DNA of 64,000 bases from an uncultured Candidatus Poseidoniales archaeon (lineage in GTDB: Archaea; Thermoplasmatota; Poseidoniia; Poseidoniales; Thalassarchaeaceae): positions 10,589 to 74,588 of the forward strand of contig CACGIE010000003.1 in the NCBI GenBank assembly GCA_902573015.1, written 5' to 3'. Position numbers and translations under genes: made by a program. Positions 1 to 10,797 of the stretch are shown here, piece after piece. Positions within the stretch are counted from its first letter, which is position 1; the number at the start of each line of letters is the position of its first letter. The notes beneath the pieces were generated by a model. It saw only the letters and a list, made by a program, of their open reading frames with translations, did not search any database and was not told the origin of the DNA.

Positions 1-972
1 GTAACGAGTTGCCCATGATGGAGAACCCAGTAATTGCATGAAAAGAAAACAGAATAACTGCAGAGTCCCGGCCAAGAATAATGCTGAAGATTCCTTCTGA
101 AATAGCAATATTGGAGATGCATGTCCAATTCTTTGTAGGTTTTTCAAAAGACCAAAGATGGTTAATGGGCCAATAAATATAATCTCCCAATTCTCTGGAT
201 ATGGGAATAATATTTCCATTAGCTCTAGAGGAGCGTTCCAATCCGCGGAAGGCATCCACGAGTTATCGTTTACCGATGGATCCAAAGTCGGCTTCAGAGT
301 GATATATGTGGAAATTAATCCAGGGATAATATGCGGCCCATAGGCACACAAAAAAATTCTCAATCTATCTCTATTTTCTTGATAATTTAGAATGGTGGTG
401 GAAACTACGTGAGGAAAAAGAGCGACTGCAATGATCAGAATGAATAGATTGCTAGTAATTGCCAAAATCATCGATAAATGAAAAAACGCCCAGTCGTGCA
501 GGCGGATTTGCTTCTTTTTTATTGAGGAAGAAAAACGGAATGTAGCTAGTAAAAGAAAGGTACACCAAATCGGCCACATCCCGTAGGTGTATACTTGCTG
601 ACTCCAGTCAATTGAAAAGGGATTAAATGCCCAAGAAATTGTTACCAACCATGACATATCATTTTCACAGAATCTGGACGCTAACTTGTATACAAGCGGG
701 ATGCTCAAGGAGCAGGCAAAGGCGGAAGGAATTCGTAATCCCGATTCGCCATTATGGATGGTTCCGTCCGGCACAAAGAAGAGGATTATATCTCGAATTA
801 GAATGTCCCCGAGGTATAGGCCAGCACTCGAAGAGGTCCATGCTATTCTGTCCCTAGGTGTGTCGTATAATAGAAGTCTTGAGTTATCGGCCTCATTGAT
901 CCAAAAGGGAGCATCGCCTATCCCCCATAGTCTGACTGCGAACGATAAGAAAGACAAAACCAGGAGGGGCAT
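1..972 (-). CDS. GT-C fold glycosyltransferase (PMT_2/ArnT/GT39-like), N-terminal part. The ORF runs off the left edge of the window.
   Basis: My own reverse-strand translation from the ATG at 972..970 stays open to position 1, which is why it is absent from the ORF track. The N-terminus MPLLVLSFLSFAVRLWGIGDAPFWINEADNSRLL resembles the first loop of the ArnT/PMT family (RLxxLG..W.DEA). It is followed by many hydrophobic segments. Confidence 0.55.
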   Translation of the reverse strand, partial: MPLLVLSFLSFAVRLWGIGDAPFWINEADNSRLLLYDTPRDRIAWTSSSAGLYLGDILIRDIILFFVPDGTIHNGESGLRIPSAFACSLSIPLVYKLASRFCENDMSWLVTISWAFNPFSIDWSQQVYTYGMWPIWCTFLLLATFRFSSSIKKKQIRLHDWAFFHLSMILAITSNLFILIIAVALFPHVVSTTILNYQENRDRLRIFLCAYGPHIIPGLISTYITLKPTLDPSVNDNSWMPSADWNAPLELMEILFPYPENWEIIFIGPLTIFGLLKNLQRIGHASPILLFQKESSALFLAGTLQLFCFLFMQLLGSPSWATRY

Positions 973-1147
973 AAGGGGTGAATTTCTGAGAGTTTTGTCT
1001 ATTTCCAACTTGATAACCCGGTTTATACGACTAGAATTAGATATTTTATTCTAGAGGTAATTGAAAATTGAATAAAAATTTAGATTTAGCAGTAATATTT
1101 TCTTTGGACCCCAATTATTGGAATAGTAGAACATTTGCCACAAAGAT

Positions 1148-2650
1148 GTGAAGTTAGGCAGAGGCATCGTCGTAATATTGTTGATGACCTGCTGCTCACA
1201 GGCGGCTTTGGGCCTTTTCGATCAGATTGAGAGTAGGCAGAGTATCGGAGAGCATGTGGCTCACAACAAGGGCCTTGTGGAAAATTTCCCCGATGGAGGG
1301 ACAGATTGCTTCTCACAATCTAATTATTCCAGTGGGATGAGTTTTCCTGAGGTTGACGGTTGTTGGCATTATCGTTCAAGATACATAGTAGGGGAGTTGT
1401 TATGGGTTCCAGCAGGCATTATCGGTGTAGATTATCCTTCGATGAAGATATTTTCTTTACTTGTTGCGCTGACTGAGATTGTACTAATTTTTAGTTTCAT
1501 TTCAAAGTATTTTGGAAGAATCGAGGGTCAAAAAGCAGCCTTGGCCTATTCTACAGTTCCAGCATTCATTTATTATGCGCAGGCTCCCTTTATTGGTCAT
1601 TTTCGAGTGATTGCAGTCCTCCTAATTGCGAGGTTTGCAATTCCTCACTTCTCTAGGGATAGTTCTGAAGAGGAAGAATTAGGGGGAGTCTGGAAATTTG
1701 GTGCTTGGGCTTTAGTAGTAATCGGTCCAGGAATAGATAGTTTGCTGGCATTCGCTTGGGCGGGTTTTGGTTTGTCCTTAATTATCCTCAAAACAAGGGG
1801 TAGAAAGGTATCCATCAATGCCATTTTAGCGTTCTTTTCTTCGCCTGTTTTATGGTTTATTATTAGCAATAAAGTGAATGATATTTTTGGCTATAATAAT
1901 GAGTTATCTGCTAGGTTTGAGGCCAGAACAGACTTCTCGCTTTTCATGGATTCTGACTACTATGTCGCTTTCATAGACTCCTTTACTAACCAAGCCGGAC
2001 CTCTTGGTTTGGTTCTCCTTATTCTGCTATTTTCTGATCTAAAGAGATATTATGATGCTGGACCTGAAGTTTTTTCTGCGGTAGTTTCCCTTAGTTCGAT
2101 GCTATTCTTCACACTATTTGTTTTCCAGAGCACATTTATTGATTGTTGTCCTTATTTCGCGTATCCCGTGGTTGCACTATGTTCATTCGGAATGGCTGGA
2201 TTCAAATTAGATGCGCGCAAAAATGTATTAATTCTCTCGATACTGCTGTTTACCTCATTTTCCAGTGGATTACTACTTCATTCTGTAGAAAATAACTATT
2301 CCGAAAGAGAATTGCAGAGATATGTAATCGACAATATCGATGAAGAAGATGGGATGGTTATTACTGATCATAATATTGCGAGGTGGAACGCATATAGATG
2401 GCAAATCCCAGGAGGCACCATTCATATTTCAGAGGATTATTCGGCTGAAGAATTCAAACAATTGGTAGTATCGGCCCAACCAGAACACATCATACTATCA
2501 AATCAGTCATTTCATAATGTCAATGCGTCGATTCTGGAGAATGAAGGTTATTGCGTTACAGAGATAGAAACCGACGAAAGGATTCCACCCCATTGGATCG
2601 ATGGATGGATGTCAGACGTTTATCCCATAAGGGGAATCTGGAAGTGCTGA
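1148..2650 (+). CDS. Polytopic membrane protein with a C-terminal soluble domain, possibly a GT-C-like glycan-processing enzyme
   Basis: 500-aa ORF with a GTG start. It has about 10 or more hydrophobic helices followed by a ~110-aa hydrophilic tail. It is divergent from the GT-C-like gene and lies in the glycan cluster. Confidence 0.4.
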   Translation: MKLGRGIVVILLMTCCSQAALGLFDQIESRQSIGEHVAHNKGLVENFPDGGTDCFSQSNYSSGMSFPEVDGCWHYRSRYIVGELLWVPAGIIGVDYPSMKIFSLLVALTEIVLIFSFISKYFGRIEGQKAALAYSTVPAFIYYAQAPFIGHFRVIAVLLIARFAIPHFSRDSSEEEELGGVWKFGAWALVVIGPGIDSLLAFAWAGFGLSLIILKTRGRKVSINAILAFFSSPVLWFIISNKVNDIFGYNNELSARFEARTDFSLFMDSDYYVAFIDSFTNQAGPLGLVLLILLFSDLKRYYDAGPEVFSAVVSLSSMLFFTLFVFQSTFIDCCPYFAYPVVALCSFGMAGFKLDARKNVLILSILLFTSFSSGLLLHSVENNYSERELQRYVIDNIDEEDGMVITDHNIARWNAYRWQIPGGTIHISEDYSAEEFKQLVVSAQPEHIILSNQSFHNVNASILENEGYCVTEIETDERIPPHWIDGWMSDVYPIRGIWKC

Positions 2651-2651
2651 A

Positions 2652-3314
2652 ATGGAAACAAAAGAGAGTAGAATAGTTTGGTCGGCATTGATTGGGGCCA
2701 TGTTAGGAATCGGAGTGCTAGATTCTATTTCTTGGGAATCCTGGCCCGATGTAAACCTAGGATTTCAGTTACTTATTGTATCCTGTTCATTATTTCTATA
2801 TTCATTTTCTAGCTACATCGAGACCTACACAGATCTGAGATACGTTGTATACGGAATATCATTTGGTCTTCTATGTGGCCTCCTTTTCCTATCAGGAGAG
2901 CCGATATATGTCTCCATCGTGTTACTTCTTACTTCTATTTCTCTGATATTGAGAAAACATAATTTTGCAGATGAGTTGTCTTCTCTGGCAACCCTGCCCC
3001 TATTTGTGGGCATTCCAATCTCGATTTTGTCAATACTTTCGAAAGAGATAGAAATATTTGAAATTTTGATAGCTGCATCTATACTGATGACCATACTCTG
3101 GATGAAAAGAAAGATTGTAGAAGAAATTCGTAGGATTGTCGGATACATCCCCCTGAGTATTGTATTGGGGGCATGGATTTTTAGAGAGATAAACGGAAAC
3201 TTAGAGCTTGCAGGGGTTGATGCCTTTTTCAATATTTTACTGGTACTTTCTTGCTATGTTGTACTAATTATTGACAAAAAAAGTTTCTTCTCCAGTGAAG
3301 AAGATACCTATTAG
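2652..3314 (+). CDS. Integral membrane protein of unknown function
   Basis: 220-aa ORF starting 2 nt after the upstream stop. It is strongly hydrophobic throughout. Confidence 0.4.
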   Translation: METKESRIVWSALIGAMLGIGVLDSISWESWPDVNLGFQLLIVSCSLFLYSFSSYIETYTDLRYVVYGISFGLLCGLLFLSGEPIYVSIVLLLTSISLILRKHNFADELSSLATLPLFVGIPISILSILSKEIEIFEILIAASILMTILWMKRKIVEEIRRIVGYIPLSIVLGAWIFREINGNLELAGVDAFFNILLVLSCYVVLIIDKKSFFSSEEDTY

Positions 3315-3320
3315 ATTGAA

Positions 3321-4421
3321 TTGAAAGGTGATTGCATGGGCAAATTGGGGTTTGATTTCTCTCTGGAAAGGGAGACTGGGTGGCTCTTCGGTTCTGATGT
3401 TATTGCTATGTTATCCGGCCTTATCGGCCAGGCAATTCTCTTCTGGGCCCTATCGGGAGAGGATTATGGAATGTTTGTTATAGCCATGGATACTTGTTTC
3501 ACTGTACTAGTTCTACTAGATTCTGGATTATCGGCCAGAGTAACAAGAGACGTGGGTGCTTTGGGAGACTTGGGTGGCGTCCTAGTGAAAAGAGTCGTGG
3601 GCATACAACTTTTTTTGGGTGTGATATTTGGGGCGATTACTCTGTTCTTATTGATGAACTACTGGACAATCCCCTGGCAAATTGGTTCAATCCTAATCAT
3701 AACTGGAGTTGCCACTCACGTCATCTCAATGACTCACAGAGGGGCATTGAGAAGTATTGGTCTGGCGAAATATGAAGCAGGATCAAGAATAATCGAAAGG
3801 TTTGGAATGACCTGTGGATATGCAACTTTGGCCTTTTTTGGGGTGCATGAGGCCGAGGAATATGCCTCAGTTGCTGGTGTTTTTTTCCTGATGGGTGGTT
3901 TTTTCTCGATGCATAAATGGTCGAAGAATAAGGCCACTGAAATCGGAACTAATGAGTTGCAATGGAGCATAAAGGATCTAATTGTCCCATCTTTGCCGTT
4001 TGCTGCTGGATTTTTCCTATTAACTTTGAATTTTAGAATACCAAAGCTCCTCCTGGGATATTCGACGGGATTTGAAGAAGTTGGGATATTCAATGTTGCT
4101 ATGATAGGTTTCTCAGCGGCCCTAGCTGTACCCAATGCCATATGGCAAACTGCCCAACCAGCCTTTGGAAAGATGAATAATCAATCGGACAGGGGGGCGA
4201 GGTCTGAAATATTCTCAAGATCAAGAAGAATTGCGAGATTTGGTTTGATTATTGGATTGCCAACGGCATTAATAGCAGGGAAGATTGGATTTCCATTATT
4301 GTTTGTTGACTCGATTCCAGAAGAGGATTTCTCTATATTCGGAATATTCTCCATACTAATGCTTGGGTGGAGCGCTATATTACTTACATCTCCAGATTGG
4401 GGGGGGAGTAATGGGGAGTGA
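3321..4421 (+). CDS. Wzx/MOP-type polysaccharide flippase, N-terminal ~3/4. The ORF is broken at a G8 tract.
   Basis: Multi-TM ORF (an ATG also occurs at 3336) whose helix/loop pattern is typical of polysaccharide biosynthesis (Wzx-like) transporters. The frame ends ...LTSPDWGGSNGE* just after the G8 run at 4399-4406. Confidence 0.5.
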   Translation: MKGDCMGKLGFDFSLERETGWLFGSDVIAMLSGLIGQAILFWALSGEDYGMFVIAMDTCFTVLVLLDSGLSARVTRDVGALGDLGGVLVKRVVGIQLFLGVIFGAITLFLLMNYWTIPWQIGSILIITGVATHVISMTHRGALRSIGLAKYEAGSRIIERFGMTCGYATLAFFGVHEAEEYASVAGVFFLMGGFFSMHKWSKNKATEIGTNELQWSIKDLIVPSLPFAAGFFLLTLNFRIPKLLLGYSTGFEEVGIFNVAMIGFSAALAVPNAIWQTAQPAFGKMNNQSDRGARSEIFSRSRRIARFGLIIGLPTALIAGKIGFPLLFVDSIPEEDFSIFGIFSILMLGWSAILLTSPDWGGSNGE

Positions 4422-4767
4422 GAAGCCTGTAGGTTACTCTTTGTCCATAGGACTATTTGTGCTGATTCAAGTTTTTGGCTTCGTTTATTTTGGGCCAGAT
4501 TACGGAGTGGAAGAGTCTTCAATTTGTTTCTCCATCGGGGCGATGTCATCATCAGCAGTCTACCTGATTTGTACTGCCATTTCGGATGGGCTTCATGAGT
4601 TTTCGATTGGAATTTTGGAGTTCTCAATAGGAATTCTATACGCAATCTTAGCAATATGGAGTATTGTAGGGGGAAATATTGTTAGCATTGTCTCTTGTAT
4701 TGTAATTATGTTTCTGTGGGCTGTTTTGTCAGAAGTAATTAGTAAACCACAAGTCCTTAATTCTTGA
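4363..4767 (+). CDS. Probable C-terminal TM segments of the same flippase, in a different frame
   Basis: 134-aa hydrophobic ORF overlapping the previous one across the G8 tract. A 1-nt indel would join ...SPDWGG to VMGSEKPVGYSLSIGLFVLIQ..., giving a ~480-aa transporter. Confidence 0.45.
   Translation: MGGALYYLHLQIGGGVMGSEKPVGYSLSIGLFVLIQVFGFVYFGPDYGVEESSICFSIGAMSSSAVYLICTAISDGLHEFSIGILEFSIGILYAILAIWSIVGGNIVSIVSCIVIMFLWAVLSEVISKPQVLNS
4399..4406 (+). repeat. G8 homopolymer at a TGG-GGG-GG (Trp-Gly-Gly) site that coincides with the flippase ORF break
   Basis: Read directly: gattGGGGGGGGagta. Confidence 0.9.
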
Positions 4768-4803
4768 TAGATTTGTGATAAATGTAGTAATTTTGGAGTG
4801 AAT

Positions 4804-6759
4804 ATGTGCGGAATTGGTGGTTTCTGGGACCATAACGGACCAAATGATCCTAGGATCATGGAGAACATACTTCGCGAAATGGCAAACTCGCAGAAGCATC
4901 GAGGGCCTGATTCAGAGGGATTTTTCATTAACTCTGAAGAGGGCATAGGTTTCTGCCACAGAAGATTATCAATTATCGATCTATCTGAAACTGGTTCACA
5001 GCCAATGAAATCTAGAGACGGAAGATGGATTGTTGTTTACAATGGGGAGTGGTATAATCATCGGCAGATTAGAGATTCTCTAGGCAATCGAAGATGGAGG
5101 GGGAGTTCGGATACAGAGACCCTAGTGGAATGTCTCTCTTATTTTGGAATAGAAGATACATTGCCAAAAATGAATGGAATGTTTGCATTCTCTGCATGGG
5201 ACAGCGAGAAGAAGGAGCTGCACCTTGTTCGAGATAGGTTCGGAATAAAACCACTGTATTTCGGGCATCAGGATGGTCTGACCGTTTTCTCTTCTGAACT
5301 ATCTGGAATTTTTTCACAAGGTAATTTCAAGATGGAAATTGAACCATCAGCTGTACTTTCTTTCCTCCGACTGAACTATGTCCCTAGCCCTTTGTGCATT
5401 TGCAAAGATATAATCAAACTCCCTCCGGGTTATCATGCTAAAATTGGAAAGAAGGGGGAAGTCGTACAGAGGCAGTGGTACGATCTGACTAAAGAGCTTG
5501 AGAAGTCCGAAATTCTAAGTCTTCGGGGATTTGAAGAAGAAGTCATATGGATGGAGGAGCAAATCGAAAGATCGGTATCTATGAGAATGCTGTCTGATGT
5601 GCCACTGGGCTCTCTTCTTTCTGGAGGAATAGACTCTAGTCTAGTATCCTTATTCATGCAAAAAGGATCAAGTTCTCCGATTAGCACATTTAGCATAGGA
5701 TTCGCCGAGTCAGAATTCGATGAATCACAATATGCAAAAAAAGTATCTGAATTAATTGGCTCTCAGCATAATGAGCTGAATGTGTCCTCTGAAGATGTAA
5801 TGGATTTAATCCCGCATATGCCAGGGATCTTTTCAGAGCCACTTGGAGATTCATCACAGATTCCTACGTACATTGTATCTAGATTGGCCAGAGAGCAAGT
5901 GACTGTCGCACTAGGGGGGGATGGTGGTGACGAGGTTTTTGGAGGATATATGAGATATCCTCAGTCACTTGACGGGAGTCGTATTTTTTCAGGTCCATTT
6001 TCTATTTTCCGTGACCCTTCTGCCACGTTACTTAATACAATACCAGCCTCTCTTTGGGACCTTATTTTGGGTTGGCTTCCAAGAAATTTGAGACCTAGGT
6101 ATCCGGGCGATTGGGTTCATCGGTGGAGTCGAAGAGCGAAACTTCGACATCCTGAAGACAGGCACGCGGATCTTGTTGAGCAATGGATTGAACAAATTGA
6201 AAAGGGCTCGGGAAGGAGTTGGGAGAGATGCGATATTTTAGCTAAATCGGACCCTGGTGAACAATTTGCAGATCTTGATAGATTGCAAATCATCGATATG
6301 AAAACATGGATGGTTGATGATATTCTTGCCAAGGTGGATATTGCTGCGATGGCCTGCGGTCTTGAGGTTCGAGTCCCATTATTGGATCATAATGTAGTAG
6401 AGGGAGCACTATCACTGAGTCCTTCTTCCAGATATTCCCGTAGAACTGGGGGGAAGTGGATTCTGAAAAAGATCCTGTCTAGGCACCTTCCTAATGAGTT
6501 GTTCAATAGGCCCAAGCAGGGATTCGTCTTACCGATAGAGAAATGGATTAGGGGTCCGCTTAAGGAATGGGCAAGATTGACCCTAACTGAAGAAAACTTG
6601 ATTTCTGTTGGGATTACTAACCCCCAGGATTATATCAGGATTCTAGAAATGCACATAGAAGGTCGGGGAGAATATGCAACACCGATTTGGACGCTACTAT
6701 CCCTGCTGTCATGGAAGGAAAAATGGTTACCAAAGTCAAATGTTGATAGCATATATTGA
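4804..6759 (+). CDS. asnB: Asparagine synthase (glutamine-hydrolysing), AsnB family
   Basis: The N-terminal MCGIGG provides the Cys nucleophile directly after Met; the track ORF starts 2 codons upstream at a GTG. The SGGIDSS PP-loop is present. Length is ~650 aa. Confidence 0.9.
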   Translation: MCGIGGFWDHNGPNDPRIMENILREMANSQKHRGPDSEGFFINSEEGIGFCHRRLSIIDLSETGSQPMKSRDGRWIVVYNGEWYNHRQIRDSLGNRRWRGSSDTETLVECLSYFGIEDTLPKMNGMFAFSAWDSEKKELHLVRDRFGIKPLYFGHQDGLTVFSSELSGIFSQGNFKMEIEPSAVLSFLRLNYVPSPLCICKDIIKLPPGYHAKIGKKGEVVQRQWYDLTKELEKSEILSLRGFEEEVIWMEEQIERSVSMRMLSDVPLGSLLSGGIDSSLVSLFMQKGSSSPISTFSIGFAESEFDESQYAKKVSELIGSQHNELNVSSEDVMDLIPHMPGIFSEPLGDSSQIPTYIVSRLAREQVTVALGGDGGDEVFGGYMRYPQSLDGSRIFSGPFSIFRDPSATLLNTIPASLWDLILGWLPRNLRPRYPGDWVHRWSRRAKLRHPEDRHADLVEQWIEQIEKGSGRSWERCDILAKSDPGEQFADLDRLQIIDMKTWMVDDILAKVDIAAMACGLEVRVPLLDHNVVEGALSLSPSSRYSRRTGGKWILKKILSRHLPNELFNRPKQGFVLPIEKWIRGPLKEWARLTLTEENLISVGITNPQDYIRILEMHIEGRGEYATPIWTLLSLLSWKEKWLPKSNVDSIY

Positions 6760-6769
6760 GGTCTAAGTA

Positions 6770-8572
6770 ATGGGCGCAATTTCACTCAGAATTTCTCAGA
6801 TTAGAAGGCTCATCAGTAGAGACCCGAGGGATATTCTGAAATTCTCATTCTTTATGCTTAGGAGAATACCTCAATCAATTATTGACAGGTATGTGATTAG
6901 ATTTGGCCATTCTAACATTAGTATATCTGGACATCCAAAGAAAGTAACTAACGCAAAAAGTCCGATGATTGACTCTGAGGAATTGATTGAATTTGGAAGG
7001 AGAGCGATGAGTGAAAAGAAACTAGATTTATTAGGCAAGGAGATAGGTTTTACATGGCCTCCAAACTGGGAGGGAGGTGAATTGGGAGAATGGCCTAAAG
7101 GCCATAGTCAGGCCATACAATATTACGGAATCGATACGAAAAAGGACATTAAAATAATCTGGGAATTCCATAGGCTTCAATGGCTACCATCAATAGCTGC
7201 TTTGTCTAAAATTAATGAAGATAAAGTACTGGCAAGTGAAATTCTAGATCTCATTATAGATTATGAAGATAAACACATTGTGAATAAAACCGTTGCTTGG
7301 ATGGAGGGAATTGAAGTATCGATGAGGGCAATCTCGATACTAGAGGCTATGTCGTGGCTTGACGAAATAATAGAGGAAGATGAAAGATTTTCTAGAATAT
7401 ACCAATTCCTCTCCAAACATGCGGAATGGATATCGTCTCACTTATCTTTAAAATGGAGATTGAACAATAATCACCTCCTTGTAGAGTTAATCGGACTACT
7501 GGTTTTGAGTGAGAGAATTAGTTGGGATGCAAGGGCTCGGAAATGGAAGGAAAGGTCTCTCAGGATTCTGGAAAATGAGCTTAATGATCAAATAACAAAT
7601 GGAAGGAACTGGGAGCCTACCACATCATATCACAAACTAATTACTGAAGGTCTGTTGATTGTAAATCACCATTGCTTTGATGGAGAGATCGCAGAAAATT
7701 CGATTGGAGACATCACAAACAAGATGGTTAGAACGTTGTCATTACTTTCTGATTCTGAAGGCAATATGCCACTTGTCGGAGACGATGATGGCGGCTCTAT
7801 GCTACCAATTTACGTCGGAAAGGATATCAGAAAAAACTCGGAGATTTTTGAAATTGCCGCACGAATGGGTTTTGATTTGGAAACTCCAGAGTCGGTTTGC
7901 CATTATTGGGAGGGACAGGGGATGGGAGTGATTAGAAGCGAAGATAAACATGTACATTTTGTTTCCGGAGCCCCCCTGGGGAAAGCTCGACAAGGAAGTC
8001 ATAGACACCTGGATATGCTATCATTTACCTTAAGCATGGATGGAAAGCCAATAATATTCGACGGAGGTACAGGGCAATATTTCGGAGATGAAGAAATTAG
8101 AAACCAGTACAGATTGGAGGCTTTTCATTCTGGAATATACTCACGAACCTCACATTGGGCTGTAATAAAGGGACTATTCGAGATACCAAGACCCCCGGTT
8201 GGAAAATTCGAACTATATGGCGAGGATGTGAAAATTAGTTGCGAACATCCGTCGGGCGGGTGGGCTGAAAGAATAATTTCCCTAGAAAAATCTGAAGTCA
8301 GAATTTTAGACAGTTTAGAATTACAGGATCCTTCAGTCGTGTTCATTGTTTCGGAAGCCGGACATGTGGAGGTTTCCAACGGGACATGGTCAATGAAATG
8401 GGATGATTGGGAGATCGTACATGACCCCATTCCTGCAAAATTCATTGGGACTGAAGATATGAAGTCTATTGGATACGGAACATATGACGGGTGCTATAGA
8501 ATAGAATTTTACCATAATCAAGGTGTTAAGTGTACTACAAGAATCATCAATTTGAATGATGAGAAGAGTTAG
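6770..8572 (+). CDS. Heparinase II/III-like family protein
   Basis: 600 aa. NNHLLVEL and GSHRHLDMLSFTL...DGGTGQY motifs are typical of the heparinase II/III-like domain. This family commonly sits next to asnB in surface-polysaccharide clusters. Confidence 0.7.
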   Translation: MGAISLRISQIRRLISRDPRDILKFSFFMLRRIPQSIIDRYVIRFGHSNISISGHPKKVTNAKSPMIDSEELIEFGRRAMSEKKLDLLGKEIGFTWPPNWEGGELGEWPKGHSQAIQYYGIDTKKDIKIIWEFHRLQWLPSIAALSKINEDKVLASEILDLIIDYEDKHIVNKTVAWMEGIEVSMRAISILEAMSWLDEIIEEDERFSRIYQFLSKHAEWISSHLSLKWRLNNNHLLVELIGLLVLSERISWDARARKWKERSLRILENELNDQITNGRNWEPTTSYHKLITEGLLIVNHHCFDGEIAENSIGDITNKMVRTLSLLSDSEGNMPLVGDDDGGSMLPIYVGKDIRKNSEIFEIAARMGFDLETPESVCHYWEGQGMGVIRSEDKHVHFVSGAPLGKARQGSHRHLDMLSFTLSMDGKPIIFDGGTGQYFGDEEIRNQYRLEAFHSGIYSRTSHWAVIKGLFEIPRPPVGKFELYGEDVKISCEHPSGGWAERIISLEKSEVRILDSLELQDPSVVFIVSEAGHVEVSNGTWSMKWDDWEIVHDPIPAKFIGTEDMKSIGYGTYDGCYRIEFYHNQGVKCTTRIINLNDEKS

Positions 8573-9641
8573 AGTTTATCGATTTCAAATAAATTGAGAA
8601 TAGCTCTTTCCTATATCCTTGAACGTCCAATCTCTTTGCTGTTAATTTAGCTTGATTAGAGAGTCTTTCAAGAAGATCCTCGTCCCTCACTAATCGACAA
8701 ATTGCATCGGATATCGCCGTTATATCTCCCGGTTCAACGATCAAGCCATTTCTGTCATGCTCGATTACTTCAGGGATTCCTCCTACTGGCGTGACTATTG
8801 GGACTTGGCCAATTGCCATAGCTTCGATCATTGCCATAGGGAGGCCCTCATCATAAGATGGGAGCAGGAAAATTGATGCTGAGTTTCTAATTAATTGGAA
8901 TTCATTATTAGGTAGCCAGTGCTCAATCCTCGCTAATGTTCCTAGATTCTTCAGATCAACATATCTTTCCAACTTCTCATGCTCACCGTCTCCAGTAGCA
9001 ACGAATCTTACCTTCTCAGAGACATCTTGTGGTAGTTGAGAAAGTGCATCGATAGTGTCATAGCTTCCCTTTCTGACACCTATTCTACCATTTGATGTGA
9101 TTAATATCTTCTCAGATTTATTTTCTTCGAAATTCTGTGAAAGTGCATCGAAATCTACAGGATTCCGCATAACAACTATTCTTTCTGACGAGAGTGAACA
9201 AATGCCTGAGTAGAATTCCTTCCACGATTCTGACAGGACTACTAGAGATGACGCGCGATTGAGAAAAAGTCGAATTATTGCTTTCCTTATTGGGCCAGAC
9301 TCATTCTGATAGAATTTCTTGAATTCAGCACCATGAGAATGTAAAACGACTGGAATCCGAAAAAGAGAAGATAGTACTGCGAATGGTAATTTCCTCCAGG
9401 TACTTCCTCTTGAAGCGAAGTGGATATGTACTAAATCGGGTCTAAAAATAAGTTTCGGAAGGAAACGAATCCATGAAAAGATACCTTGGAATAATTTGAT
9501 TATTTTTCCTGTGTCAGTTGTTGTAGCTAGAAGAGTTACAGAAGCCCCGTCAATCTGATCTCCTACCAGTAACCTCTCCACCGAAGAGACTCCGCCTCTA
9601 ACCCTTAAATCTGGGCCAATCATTACTACTCTTTTTATCAT
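8547..9641 (-). CDS. Glycosyltransferase family 4 (GT-B, retaining)
   Basis: C-terminal EGLPMAMIEAMAIGQVPIVTPVGGIPEVI (E-x7-E region), N-terminal GGV motif, 364 aa. Confidence 0.85.
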   Translation of the reverse strand: MIKRVVMIGPDLRVRGGVSSVERLLVGDQIDGASVTLLATTTDTGKIIKLFQGIFSWIRFLPKLIFRPDLVHIHFASRGSTWRKLPFAVLSSLFRIPVVLHSHGAEFKKFYQNESGPIRKAIIRLFLNRASSLVVLSESWKEFYSGICSLSSERIVVMRNPVDFDALSQNFEENKSEKILITSNGRIGVRKGSYDTIDALSQLPQDVSEKVRFVATGDGEHEKLERYVDLKNLGTLARIEHWLPNNEFQLIRNSASIFLLPSYDEGLPMAMIEAMAIGQVPIVTPVGGIPEVIEHDRNGLIVEPGDITAISDAICRLVRDEDLLERLSNQAKLTAKRLDVQGYRKELFSIYLKSINSNSSHHSN

Positions 9642-10337
9642 CTTTGGCTACATCCTTCCCCAATTTAAAGATGGATCAAGAAGTTCGATATCGTTTGAAT
9701 CTACCCAGAACCTACAAGCTCCGGGTACTTCTCCTGCTAGATAAAAATCCGAATATAAGTCAGCTGGAAGGCCCGCACGAGTAAAGTCATCAGAGTCAAG
9801 ATCGGCTGTCTCTAGAACTGCTGAGAAGTATGTTCCTGAACCAGGAAATTGCTCCAAGAAAAATACTTGAGGTATAGCAATTTCATCGCCCAGCCTCTCA
9901 AAGTATTGGAAATTCTCATTGTCGGACATAGGAAGCATGGAATGTGAGAATAAAACGATATTTGTCTCTCGAGAATGCTCGTACATGAGGCCTACAATTC
10001 CAGCCTCTTCAGTCATCTCCCAGCATTTGTGAGTTTCACTTGGGAGAATCAGAGTTCGGGATGAGTAGTTCACATGAGCAAAGGAGGAAAGAGATCCTGA
10101 AATTATCGATAGGACTGCAAAGAATGTAACGGCCTTCTTCTTATCCCAAAATTCCACGTCAATCTTCTTATTGAGAAGTGATAGCCCAGCCATGAACCAT
10201 ATACAGAACGGAACAATGCTGTATGCCAGAAGTCTAGGAACTAATCTCGCTGCTCCCATTCTCGAGTCAATGAAAAACATCAGAGGTAACATCAGGATAC
10301 ATCCAATTACAATACTCAAATTGGTCGTTCCACTTTT

Positions 10338-10346
10338 CCCCCCCCC
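10338..10346 (-). repeat. G9 homopolymer on the coding strand at ...DIWGG, coinciding with an ORF break
   Basis: Read directly: ttttCCCCCCCCCaaat on the + strand. Confidence 0.9.
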
Positions 10347-10790
10347 AAATATCTCCATCTCTAATTCCAAATTTCCTCTCAACTATTTTGGAAACGAGTA
10401 TGGCAAAAACCAGAGGAGTTAGCAAATGCCAGAACTCAACAATTTCTCCCAATTCTCCTGGAAACTGTCTGATGAAGCTGAACTTTGCCACGGTAAAATT
10501 CCAGTAGATAAAAGAGGAACCTAGAACAAACGCCTGCTTCCTAGCGAGACTTGATCTCTCGACCCTCATAAATGACTCAGTAATTAGAATTGAGCCTAGA
10601 ATCAGAGAGGTCTGAAGATGGCAAGTGGGGATCAGAGCCAGAATTGCATAGCTTCCTAACTTTCCAATATCACTTCTTGGGGACCAGTGAATTACTGTCG
10701 CCGCCATCAAAAGGCTCAGCATTTGAGCAGTGTATTGTAGGGGACTCCACCATGATACCATAAGGAAACAAACAAATGTAAAAGTCGGCA

Positions 10791-10797
10791 CCCCCCC
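10791..10797 (-). repeat. G7 homopolymer on the coding strand at ...NTWGG, coinciding with an ORF break
   Basis: Read directly: ggcaCCCCCCCaag on the + strand. Confidence 0.9.

Noticed and set aside
158-1054. Plus-strand ORFs 158-343, 627-857 and 686-1054 listed in the track at the left edge.
   Set aside because: The minus strand is open over the whole of 1-972 and encodes a coherent multi-TM GT-C-like protein. That ORF is missing from the track only because it is truncated by the window edge.
2825-4654. Minus-strand ORFs 2825-3232, 3734-4141 and 4181-4654 (135-157 aa).
   Set aside because: They are antisense to hydrophobic membrane-protein genes. Their translations are hydrophilic junk without motifs.
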